Source of the DNA: Octopus sinensis
Taxonomy: Eukaryota
Length of the DNA: 64,000 bases
Assembly: GCF_006345805.1 (NCBI RefSeq)
Contig: NC_043016.1
Span: 2,046,001 to 2,110,000, forward strand
Direction of reading: 5' to 3'
In this document: piece by piece, positions 26,284 through 38,054 of the stretch
Layout of the letters: the number at the start of each line of letters is the position of its first letter
Position numbering within the stretch: position 1 is the stretch's first letter
The notes under the pieces: generated by a model
Databases searched by the model: none
Seen by the model: the letters and a program-made list of their open reading frames with translations, nothing else
Told to the model about the DNA's origin: nothing
Program-made: the position numbers and the translations under genes

Positions 26284-27084
26284 AAAGCAGAGCAATCATG
26301 GTGTAACCCACTGTGGTGTGGTAAATTTTCAGACCCTAGTCTAGATTGCGAATCCTCTGTATCTCAGGATAGTTCAGCTCTCCACCCGTTAAAAGCCACC
26401 GTTTACTGAATTGGGATAACAACCCCCTTGTAACCGCCAGTCTATCGCGTGTGGTGGGTGGATCTTCAAGTTGCCGCACGCATTCTTAGTAGCTTAGAGT
26501 AGGCTCGAATTACAGATTATTCTTTGTGGCTAATGGCGTGAGTCCTGATTGGAAGAAAAAGAACAACAACAGCAGCAGCAGTGACAGGAACAACAACGAC
26601 TACGACGACAACGACAACAACAACAACAGTAACAAAAATACGAAAGAAAGTAAACAAAAGGACACAAATATCGCTTCTGCGTCTTTTGCGTCAGCGGGGG
26701 GTAAAATGGAAAGTTTCCACATAGATGAAGAAGAATTAAAATTGGCAAGGAGAAGTGTAAAAAGATATGCGAAAAGGGTAGCTTTAAACCTTCCATCCGA
26801 CGTGATAGAAAATATCACAAGATGCACGGTAATATTGTTTGAAATGGTCTTTTGAAATTACTTGATTTATACCTTTCTTAAAGTGCTCTACCCTCCTAAT
26901 CTTAGTATTTATAAGGGACTTTATAAAAGTTACCCTTCTAATTAAGTACTCGTAGGAAGCTATTAGCATCATGTATGGAGTAACAATAATAACTTCTAAA
27001 ACCTATAATATACTTCTTAATTTTAGAATTAGTATATAATTAGAATTTCCTATAACAACAGCAGGCATACCAATAATATCATTT

Positions 27085-27172
27085 TTAATATTATTATTAT
27101 TATTATTATGGTTATTATTACTACTGTTACTATTATCATTATTGTTGTTGCTGTTGTTATTGTTATTGTTAC

Positions 27173-27226
<54 letters not shown>
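27085..27226. repeat. (TTA)n tract; 3' tail or target of an R4/Dong-like element
   Basis: Direct inspection. Further tracts at 27617-27700 and 28240-28328. Confidence 0.9.
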
Positions 27227-27600
27227 GTTTTTTCCTTCTTTCTTCAAATTTTCTTCCGTTTCTCGCCGAGTGTTTTCCATACACCTAGGGCAGAGAAGCT
27301 CATTGTATGAATTCCCAATTTACACGCGCAAATTCACAGATAAAATATGTATTTAAAAATTAATAAATAAATAAATTCATGGATGGATGTTATTTTCACA
27401 ACGATAGTGCTCTTCTCAGTACATGAGCCGTTCCAGTTAATACGATTTTTTGCACTTCCTGTAGGGATGGTAAGCCTGGAATCATTTTCAAATAGGTTTC
27501 AGTACCTTTTTTTATCATTCCTAGAGATCCTACAATCACTGATACTGTAGTCGTCTTGAGATGCCACATTTTTCAATTTCTATTAGCAAGTCTTTATATT
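27227..27600 (-). mobile_element. 5'-truncated R4/Dong-like element (REL C-terminus plus 3' UTR) flanked by (TAA)n on both sides
   Basis: Minus strand reads KYKDLLIEIE/KMWHLKTTTVSVIVGSLGMIKKG..LQEVQKIVLTGTAHVLRRALSL* (one frameshift after IEIE). Confidence 0.8.
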
Positions 27601-27615
27601 TACTTACTTACTTAC

Positions 27616-27700
<85 letters not shown>

Positions 27701-27701
27701 A

Positions 27702-28238
27702 TTGAGTGAGAGAGTAGTGCATGCCATCAAAGTGACACTGGGGTAAAATATACGAAGCCCACTATACTCATCATGACTACCTGTCTGATAAGGGTATAGC
27801 AGGCACATGCATCACAACCATATGTGCGTGACATGGTGATAAACAGCACATGACCTTGTAGGTGGGGCCCAGATAGAATTTTCTTCTGGTCGAGTAGCCC
27901 ATCCCGCTCAAAAGGTCCTTGAATAAGGGTTGTTTAAGGATGTTGAACGAAACACCCATGTTTCCAGAGGTGAATTACTCAAACTCCAAAGAATCCCTCC
28001 TAACAGACGGCTATGATGCTCCTCTACTACTTCTGCTCGTCATCAGAGATGCACATATCGTCAGCCACCAAGGGACATGCTCAACTGGTTAAGGTCAAAC
28101 AATTGACAAGCAAATCTGTGGTATTGAGCAGAATATTTGCTGTAGCCCATCTTTTATACGAAGATAAAACAATGTACATGATAACACTTCCAATCAGTTA
28201 AGATCAGAAGCCATGAGAGCCTGGTACTGCATCAGGGC

Positions 28239-28239
<1 letters not shown>
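27702..28239 (-). mobile_element. ~540-bp non-coding element embedded in (TAA)n; candidate non-autonomous Dong partner
   Basis: Unique GC-richer sequence bounded precisely by TTA tracts on both sides. No tRNA head, TIRs or meaningful ORF. Confidence 0.45.
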
Positions 28240-28274
<35 letters not shown>

Positions 28275-28328
28275 CATTATTATTATTATTATTATTATTG
28301 TTGCTGTTGTTGTTGTTGTTGTTGTTGT

Positions 28329-31300
28329 TCTATGTTTGACTTTTGCTTTACATTTGCACAAGCTGGCTCCATGTCTCACCCAGAGACCTCAAGAGACAAC
28401 AAGTTGGAAGTTCATGTTGGTGTTATGCCCAGGGTGCCATATATTTGGTTTAGTACTTAGTATTGAACTAGTGAATGTCTAAAAAAACATACGAAAATTA
28501 TGCTTGTATTAAACTTGAAATTACATAGAAAGTATTTTGCGTAGGATATGAGCAGTTCTCCTGAGTACTATCTTTTGAATTTCTGCCATTTTGGGGGTTC
28601 CTGGTATCTGAGTTAGGTAGCAATCAGCCCCTTTTGCTATCATTCCCAGGGCACCTATGACAACAGGTATTGTTTTAGTCTTCAGATTCCACATTTTGTT
28701 GATTTCTATTTCAAGATCTTTATATTTGCTCAGGTTCTGGTCGGTCTTGACAGTTACGTTTATAACGATTGGGACAGTCATATCAATGAGGAGGCATGTT
28801 CTTTGTCTGAAGCCTTTCACTATGATGTCTGGCCTATTTGCATCTATCTTTCTGTCAGTTCGAATGGTGAAGTTCCAGAGGAGTGAGATGTGGTCATTTT
28901 TATGCACTGGAGGTGGATTGTGTTCCCACCAGTTTTTATCATGCGGCAAATCCAGGTTTTTTCAAATTACCCAGTGAATATATTATGTAGCTCTATCATG
29001 CCTGTTGAGATTCTCTGTAGGCGCTAGAAGACTGCACTTGGAGACAACATGATCAATGGTTTCATTTTGTTGTTGACATACACGACATGTTGGGCTACTG
29101 CCGTTCTTTAATATGTTAGCCTGGTAGTTCCTTGTAGATATGCATTGATCTTGAGATGCTATGATAAACCCTTCTGTTTCAGATTTTAAGCCAGAGGCCA
29201 TTAGCCATTGATGGGTCAGGGCTTTGTCAACATCTGCATTATTCGCTCTTTTTGGGTATTTGTCATTGAGAGGTTTTTCTTGCCATTTACCATTCAGAAT
29301 ATCTAAGGTAGCAGTTTTAGCACGGGTTTTCATGCGCTTAGATTTTTCTGTGCTTGTTTCTTGTATATCTATCTCTAATTCCAAAATTTGTTGTATTCGG
29401 AATTCACTTAGATATTCCTTTGCCTGTTTTGTTACTGAGTATGATGCTTTCTTGTTTTCATGTTTTGAGATAAGTTTTAACATCCAGTCCTCAGAGTTTT
29501 TCAGGTAGGTGTCTAGGCCAATTATAGCAATCTTCATTGTTATTGCCAGTTGTAAAAGTCCACGGCCTCCCTCTTTTCTTGGCAGATAAAGTCGTTTTAC
29601 ATCTACCTTAGGGTGGTGCATTCTATGCAGTCAACAGTTTTCGTATTTTTCTGTCGAGCTGACATATTTCAGTAATTGACCAGTTAACAATATTGAAACT
29701 GTAAGTCAGGAATGGTATGGGTAAAGCATTGATCACTTCGATCCTGTTTCTCGCATTCAGCTCTGTCTTGAGTATTGCTCTTACTCTACGATAACATTCT
29801 CTCCTGATCCTTTCCTTCATCACTAAATGCCTTATTCCGTCCCCTCCAATTACCCCTAGGTACTTGTAGCTCTCCGCTGGGTCTAACTTTTTTATGACAT
29901 TCTGCTGGTCAAGGTAAACGTTAGATGTTTCTGTCATTTTTTCCTTTGATAAAGGTAGCTTTTGCACAGTTATCGAGGCCAAATTGCATTCTGATGTCAT
30001 CACTGAATTGCTTAACAATCGTTAGTAAGCCCTTGAGTTGTTGGTCATTTTTTGCAAAGAGCTTTAAATCATCCGTGTAAATGAGATGATTTATATTTTT
30101 ATCAAACATTTTATATCCGTACTGCGCGTCATTGAGCAATTTTGAGAGAGGTATTAAGGCTAAACAAAAGAGGAGTGGTGATAGTGAGTCACCCTGGAAA
30201 ATGCCACATGAAATGTTTACATCACCAGCATTTAGAGATTCATCGTTACTGTTCAAAGTTAGTGTGGTTCTCCATGATCTCATACTTACAGACAAAATGT
30301 TTCGCAGAGTAGGCGCTATTTTATACATTTCCAGGCATTTCTTAATTCAGCTATGTGGTAGGCTATCAAAAGCCTTTTTATAGTCTATCCAGGCTATTGA
30401 CAAGTTTTGTGTCGTTTGTGACAATCTTCTAAGATCATCTTATTGATGAGTATCTGATCTTTACAACCATAGGATCCACGTTTACATCCTTTCTGTTCGT
30501 TAGGGAATATGCGGCTGTCTATTAAAAAACTATAGGTATATTCCGTCAGGACAGATGCAAGCGTTTTATACATAGTTGTTAAGCAGGTTATGGGTCTATA
30601 GTTTTTTGGTTCATTTGTTTCTTCACTTTTTGGAAGCAAGAATATTAACCCATTAACTAGCCAAGGAGGCATTCTACTAGGATGTTGAAAAACATCATTG
30701 TAAAGCTCTGTTAACAGTTCATGGCTCTCTGGGAAGGCATTCAACCAGAAGCTAGGAATTTTAACCTTTCCTGGAGACTTCCATTTGCTTGACATCCTGA
30801 GAGCAGATCTTATATCTTCTACTTTGACACCCTCCCACTTTTGCTCCTCTAAGGAGTGCAAGTCCGTAGATATTCTATCAATTCTTTCGTTGTGTGTTTT
30901 TCCTTCTGCCCAAATTTTATTCCAAAATCCCTGCACTTCTTCTTTTGATGGTACAGTCTTTACAGTAACTGGTGTTTCCTTATCTTCCTGTAAAAATTTT
31001 TGGGGTTATTTTTGAACATGTTGTTGTCCTTGAAGAATCTAACACGCTTTTCATACCTCGCTATGCGGGCAGCTTTGGCAGATACCTTTTGTTTGATGGT
31101 TTCTATGGTGGCATCAATCTCAAGTGTAGTTTTCATTTTATATTTTTTCTTTAATTTTGGGTTTTTTGTAGGTTTGGTAGTCTTGTCAACCTTAAGGTTT
31201 TTCAAACATTCAATGTCAGACCTAAGTAGTTTAATTTGATGTTGGATACGCTCTTGTGGGAATGTTGCCATTTTCTAATCTTTTCACCACATAGAATCGT

Positions 31301-32160
31301 TGAGATTTTCGCGGATGCATAGTACAGGTGGTTGAGATCTGTGATATCAATATCATTAGCTGAAATTATATCCTTAAGTGCAAGGCGGATTTTACCAATT
31401 ATTTTCATGTTTTGGCTAGAGTTACGGATTTTCGTGAGTGTACCGCATTCATTCATACTGGTTTCTTTAATTTTCAGCCATTCAATCATGATTTGATTCT
31501 TTAATTCACGTAGTTCAGTTGGGTCAATATTTGTGTGACTTTCTTCTTCTATTTGATGTTCATCTGTCTTAGTGTTTGTGATTGGTTCAGTGAGTATTTC
31601 ACTTTGCCTATCACTACTAACTTTCAATCCTTACTGCGTTTTCATCAGCCCAGGGCTGGTCTATAATTATTTCCTCTGTATTATCTTCTTTAACTGCGGC
31701 TTCGTTGTTTTTATCCGTTACTGTTTGTTTAATTTGGTCAATCTCTACTTCAGTCAGTAATTGTTTTTTATAATGTTTCTTCTGACGTTGGCAAGTTTGT
31801 TACTGTCTATGTAGGGTCTTACTTCAGGGTGTTTCTGTCTCCAGTTTAAGTAGGTTTGTACAGTGTTAGATTTATCTGTGGGGAAATATATGGCATGGTA
31901 GAAGGCCGTAAAAGCCTCTTTATTATCTTCCCTAGGCCATTTTTCATTCTTTTTCTTTTGGTTATTTGATGACGAGCATGGGTGATCATCTTTTGGAATA
32001 TTCCGGTTGTGGGGTACATCCAGCTCCTGTGTGTCGGGAAGATTTGAACCAGTAGCTGATTTTTCAATCAGAATTTGGTTCAATATTCGGGTATGTGGTC
32101 TTTTGTAATCCGATCGATGACCATTGCGGTTTGTAATTTGTTTTGTTAACAGTGAGGCAT
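28329..32160 (-). mobile_element. Near full-length R4/Dong-like non-LTR retrotransposon (single ORF: RT, CCHC, REL), frameshifted
   Basis: ORFs from 32083 down to 28521 tile KWPREDN, KSPG, YRPITCL, QKGCKRGSYGCKDQ, GIFQGDSLSPLLF, YTDD, CRVC..ETIDHVVSKC and RPDII..LIDMTVP..KY. The 3' end runs into (CAA)n/(TAA)n. Confidence 0.92.
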
Positions 32161-32904
32161 GACGAGCTTCGACTCTTATATTAGGAAACGGATCTGTCAG
32201 TTTAGGGTTAGTTCTGTGTTAGTTCGAAAAAATGAAAATAAAAAATATAAATAAAAAGATCTGTCAGTTTAGGGTTAAGTTTTTGCGACAATACCGTCTC
32301 CGTGTTCTCTGCATGTAAACATTGTTCGTAGCGTAGCTTCTTAATGCAAGCAGATCTGCATTCGTCTGTATTTTTTTTATAGATTTATCTCCGAACATAG
32401 TTTTTTTTGTGATGTTTTTTTAAAATTATGAAAGGTTCACTCTGTCTGTGATAGTTCGAAAAAATGAGAAGAAAGTTTTGATTTTGTTTTTGCTTGTTTT
32501 GTGACACGTTTTTTCATGTGCGTGAGAGTGTGTCCTGTAAATTTCACTTAGTGTGTTCAACTTTGGGATGTATGTGTAGTCCTATGGGTATCAAAATGTA
32601 TATATGATTGTGTAGACATTCGAGTGTATGCGTAATTACTCAATTTATGTACTCACTATTTTTATGTATTTTGGTCCGTTTCTATTTTAATCTTTCCAGT
32701 GTTAATATCGTGCGTGAGTCCCGCACATGTTTCATTGAGACACCGTGCGTAGGAGAAACTGCACTTTCTATGGCAGTAAAATTTCCTTTTAGTCTTAGTG
32801 TCTTCGTTAAAAGGTCGCTTCCTTCGAGTTTTCCTCAAGTTCCTTTATCTAATTCCATCGATGTTATTGGATTAGATTTGATTTTGAATGGAGAGCCCGT
32901 CTGC

Positions 32905-33130
32905 TTCGACAGCCTCCCCTCTCCACGCCACCGATGTTATCAAAAGGCAAGGCAAAGGGGCCGATGCAGCTTGGTACCTGTGATGTCACAACTCATTTCT
33001 ACAACTGAGTGGAGTAGAGTAATGTGAAATAAAGTGTCTTGCTCAAGAACACAACACACAGCCCGATCCTGGAATCGAACTCACTACCTTCTGTGCCCGA
33101 TGCTCTAACCACCGAGCCATGCGCTTTCAC
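32905..33130 (-). mobile_element. tRNA-derived SINE (same family as 46309-46650)
   Basis: Shared TGAAATAAAGTGTCTTGCTCAAGAACACAAC domain and pol III boxes. Confidence 0.8.
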
Positions 33131-34091
33131 TTAAAAGCATAATATATCTACTGTAGCTAGATGAACATTGTTGCTGTGGTGACTCAAGAGAACGACAGAC
33201 GTGGTTTACCTTTCTTGAAGCTTCTCAATGCTGCGCAACCGATCAGCGCCGGCCTAAACAAACTTCGTGTCACGATATCAAGGAAGCAAGAGATAAAACG
33301 TTCACTGGCATTGTGCAATCTTGCCAGACTGTAGAAGAAAATCCAGGGTACTAACTGCTACAGCATTAAAATAGAATATCTACTAAACGTACACACACTG
33401 TTAGAAGCGGTGGAACTGTGGAACTGTCTGAAAGAAAGTAGTGAGAATTCATTGGCTGTGCCAGGCTGTAGAAAAGCTCAGTGTTACTCAGTTGAAACGG
33501 CTTTAAATTAAAATCGCCGTTAAGTTCGTCTAGCTCCGACGCATTTTGTATTTTTTAACACAAGTATTGGAAGAGATTATATATCAGACAATTCTACATT
33601 TAACACAGAAAGCAATTTAGAGTATCAACTGCAAAAAATTTTTTTAAATACATATGAGAAAAAAAAAAGAAGGAACTGTTTGAATGGAATCCTTACCTCT
33701 AACAGCTTAAGACATCAGTCGTAAGTGTCACCGACAGGCTGTGAAAATACAGTCTGTCTGCATTGCGCTATGTCATTCTGATATTCAAACTACTGACATG
33801 TTACACTCATCTTCCTCTCTAGCTGCAAACAGAAATATATTCAAGCAATAAAATACTGCAAAAGAAAAATAAAAAGAAAAACCTAATCAAATTTTTCGAT
33901 TTATACAATCGTGCGTGTGTTTATCATACGTACACACACAGACACACCCACACACACAGATACACACATAAATACACAGATGGCTATATGTATATACGCA
34001 TGCATGTGTGCATCTATTTATGTATGCATGCTTATATGATTGTACGCATGTTTATACATATATACCTACACACCCATATATAAATATCCAC

Positions 34092-34132
<41 letters not shown>

Positions 34133-34251
34133 GATATATATTCATATATATAGATAAATAAATAGATAGACAAATAGATAGATATTGCTAGATAGATAAA
34201 TAGGTAGATATATATACAAGTACATTGTGTATATATGTATATGTGTATGTG

Positions 34252-34289
<38 letters not shown>

Positions 34290-34317
34290 CATTTATATGT
34301 ATATATATATATATATA

Positions 34318-34520
34318 TGAGAACGCCATGTTGGATCGTAAGCCCCTACACACAACTTTTTCTCTCCTTGTTTCTTTTCTGTGTATATTTCTGCCAAAGA
34401 GCGTAGGCTCGAAACGTAAAAGACTTGTTTTATTTCTATTCCTGAGCGCCATACTGATACATTTGCTTATTTGTACTCCACCTGCCTTCGTCTTTTGTTT
34501 ATTTCCGTAAACCGTCCCGT
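34318..34520 (+). mobile_element. Small PLE-associated element with a degenerate hammerhead
   Basis: TTT-CTGCCAA-A-GAGC gtag GCTC-GAAAC-GTA-AAA at ~34388-34423. The core is mutated. Confidence 0.55.
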
Positions 34521-34551
<31 letters not shown>

Positions 34552-35062
34552 GAGTGTATTTTTTTCCCTTATTAACAATTAACACGGAAAAAATAGATAG
34601 TTACCAGGGTAGCAAAAAATCACACAAGTAAAACTCCTTGTTTTTAAAGGTAGAAACTTCGGGTTTACGTGGAAATTATTTGTATGGTTGATTCTCTCAA
34701 TTTTGATACCTTATGACAAAGGCAAGGAATTCTGTCTTCTCTGTATTTCTAAACTATTTTTCATTATTTTTTCTAAAACTCCCCTAGTAAACACGGTTAT
34801 AGAGCGTGCATACCGATGTAAACATTGGTAAAAACACACCTTTAGTTCATATAAGTAATCTCTATCATTATATATTATTTCATCATTAATTTTCTTTTTA
34901 CATTTAACATTCATTAAAAAAATATCCCTCCTCTTCCTAGAGGCTAATTCTGTCGTTGTATCATATAACGTTTTTTCAAACAATATTAATAGCGTTCAGT
35001 AAATCACTATACATATCCATCATTTTCTGTTAAAATGTCTTATGGACGAGTTTCGTTTTTTC

Positions 35063-35136
35063 ACTTCCCTGAAGAGAAGATTACATTTATTCTTTTGAAT
35101 AATATCAGTGAAAGCTTCGAAACATGTGTCGGAAGT
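35063..35136 (+). ncRNA. Minimal type I hammerhead ribozyme motif
   Basis: ACTTCC-CTGAAGA-GAAG..(35 nt)..CTTC-GAAAC-ATGT-GTC-GGAAGT, with perfect stems I and II and a GUC site. Confidence 0.8.
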
Positions 35137-35168
35137 AAAAGTATTTGAATTATACCTGCGTTAAACTC

Positions 35169-35206
<38 letters not shown>

Positions 35207-35225
35207 ATATATTATATATATATAT

Positions 35226-35261
<36 letters not shown>

Positions 35262-35326
35262 CATTTATATGTATATATATATATATTATATATATATATA
35301 TGTGTGTGTGTGTGTGCATTTATATG

Positions 35327-35381
<55 letters not shown>

Positions 35382-35385
35382 CATG

Positions 35386-35560
35386 TCTGGTACTTTATAA
35401 CACTAACATTGCTAGAAAGAAGAACTAAAAGCTCTAATGCTGTAATTAAAGCACATAATTGTATACATAAGTACATAGGTATTCAATTATATGTTTTAAC
35501 TACAGCATTAGAGCCTTTTAGGTCTTATTTCTAGGAACGTTGGTGTTATAACACACCAGA
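35386..35560. mobile_element. Imperfect fold-back MITE within (TA)n
   Basis: CTGGTACTTTATAACACTAAC..GCTCTAATGCTGTA vs TACAGCATTAGAGC..GTTGGTGTTATAACACCAG. Confidence 0.55.
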
Positions 35561-35564
35561 AATG

Positions 35565-35654
<90 letters not shown>

Positions 35655-35926
35655 TATACATATGGAGAGAGAGAGAGAGATACATTCATACATACATATA
35701 TACATACATATATACATACATACACACATACATACATACACACACACATACATACATACATACACACACACATACATACATACATACATACATACATACA
35801 TACATACACACATACATACATACATACATATACATACGCACATACATACATGCATACATACATACATACATACACACATACATACATACATACACACATA
35901 CATACATACATACATACATGCATACA

Positions 35927-35958
<32 letters not shown>

Positions 35959-36151
35959 CATACGCACATACATACATGCATACATACATACATACATACA
36001 CACACATACATACTTACTTACATACATACATACATACATATACATACACATGCATCATTGCGTGAATTGATATATTGTATATCTAATAGGAATATTTTCG
36101 AAGTAAAGTCTTAGTAAATGGCTAAAATATTTGATTGAATTTAAGTTGGAA

Positions 36152-36194
<43 letters not shown>

Positions 36195-36389
36195 ATCTCT
36201 CTCACTCTTTCTCTTATTTTCAGGGGTGTTTTTTTGTGTTATTTCATATAGTCGTTTGCTTCAGTCATTGGAAATCACTGAAGCAAATGTCTTCCAGAAT
36301 ACTCGTATATACCGTATATGATGGCAATTCTGATCATGTTGGCGAATGTATATGTCTTTCTATATACGTGTGCGTGCGTGCGTGCGCGC

Positions 36390-36420
<31 letters not shown>

Positions 36421-36593
36421 TGCATGTGTCTCGGAGAACAGCTCCATTCTTTGAATAATCACAAATGTGTATGATTGAAATGGTAAATCTATTAAAATGA
36501 ATTAATGAATGAATGGATTTCAGATGGGGTAAATATATCCTTGTCAGATAATAATGTGTGAACGTTTGGACGAATACACAGTCGCGTGGATAA

Positions 36594-36865
36594 GAAGAAA
36601 ATGCTGACAAAATAATTTAAGTAAGGGAGAGTGTATTTAATTAGGTGAAAGTTGTTTTTACCGGTTGCGCATTTGTTATGCTTATCAAAAGATATTTTTT
36701 TAAGAGAGATAGAGTTCCTGAGAAAAAAATCTATCAGAAAGGAACTCTATCTCTCTTAAAAAAATATCTTTTGATAAGCATAACAAATGCGCAACCGGTA
36801 AAAAGAACTTTCACCTAATTAAATACACTCTCCCTTACTTAAATTATTTTGTCAGCATTTTCTTC
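36594..36865. repeat. Near-perfect palindrome (~125-bp arms, ~20-bp spacer)
   Basis: 36594-36719 is the reverse complement of 36740-36865 with one mismatch. Confidence 0.92.
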
Positions 36866-37033
36866 ATTTCCTTTTTTCATATATCACAACTCGTGTTCCA
36901 CATCTCCTTTTTTAAATATATATATATATTAATACATAATTATTAATAATTTAATACAAATTAATACAAATTTAATACACAATACACAATACACAATTAT
37001 TGATAATTGAGACGCAATTACTTATAATTGAAG

Positions 37034-37132
37034 AGTCCTACGCTGAGGAGAAAAATAGTCGGGTAAGACATAATTATTTAATTTTTATGCTTTCGTATGA
37101 CTTAATTTCGAAACGTACGTCCGTAGGTGACT
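37034..37132 (+). ncRNA. Minimal type I hammerhead ribozyme motif with extended stem II
   Basis: CCTACG-CTGAGGA-GAAA..(52 nt)..TTTC-GAAAC-GTAC-GTC-CGTAGG, with palindromic GTAC loop and a GUC site. Confidence 0.8.
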
Positions 37133-37349
37133 TAATATAGAATGATTGTCGTCATTTCTTTCTCTTTTGCCTGCGTTGTTTGCCTTTTAAATGCTGTGGT
37201 TTTACTGTGATCTCCCTTTTAAGTAGAAAGAATAGCCATAACTCTTTGACTGCTATTTCTAAATTCGGTGTGTGGTGAGGCAAATCGTTGCTAAACCCTT
37301 ATTACTTAGTATATATATATATAATATATATATATATATACCGGAGTAA

Positions 37350-37387
<38 letters not shown>

Positions 37388-37408
37388 ATATATATATATA
37401 TAATAATA

Positions 37409-37439
<31 letters not shown>

Positions 37440-37730
37440 ATACCGGAGTAAACACATAAATGTGAAACAAGGTGGAAAAAAGAGTACTCAAATACCAGTG
37501 GTAGAGTAATATGCTTTATTTTAAGCAGCAGAAAATTCAACAAAATCTGTTACTCTGAGTTTCTCGTTGCCGTTCGTCAGACAGTTTTTGCTAGCAAAAA
37601 CTGTCTGATGAACAGCAGCAGAAATTCATCAGACAGTTTTTGCTAGCAAAAACTGTCTGATGAAAGCAGCAGAAAATTCAACAAAATCTGCTACTCTGAG
37701 TTTCTCGTTGCCGTTCATCAGACAGTTTTA
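37440..37730 (-). mobile_element. PLE-associated element with two tandem hammerhead-like motifs and inverted partial copies
   Basis: Minus strand AAAACTGT-CTGA(C/T)GA-ACGGCAACGA-GAAAC-TCAGA-GTA-(A/G)CAGATTTT at 37542-37588 and 37683-37729. Palindromes GACAGTTTTTGCTAGCAAAAACTGTC lie between them. Confidence 0.6.
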
Positions 37731-37928
37731 TACAATTGCAGCGTGGAAGGTGTTTATAAGCCATTTAAGAAACACAAAAACCGTTAGATTCACTTCAACA
37801 TTTAAATTTAATTTGTCAATATATTTTCGTCGCTTTCAGACCGCGACCTGTTCACTGACAAAACTTCGTGCTGCATCTGAGAAAGTAACAGTTAGTTCAT
37901 GATATATATGTACGTATGTATGTGTGTG

Positions 37929-37962
<34 letters not shown>

Positions 37963-38020
37963 TGTATGTATGTATGTATGTATGTATGTATGTATGCATG
38001 TATGTATGTATGTGTATGTG

Positions 38021-38054
<34 letters not shown>

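Noticed and set aside
34388-34423. Hammerhead-like motifs at ~34388, ~23300 and ~60776 as active ribozymes
   Set aside because: Core lesions (CTGCCAA, GTG triplet, lost GAAA); kept only as decayed family members.
37340-37460. Direct duplication of TACCGGAGTAAACACATA around (TA)n
   Set aside because: Most simply explained as slippage or assembly stutter at a TA tract.
37530-37730. Palindromic repeats with short spacers superficially like a CRISPR array
   Set aside because: Eukaryotic context, no cas genes, irregular and repeated spacers; explained by inverted hammerhead-element termini.
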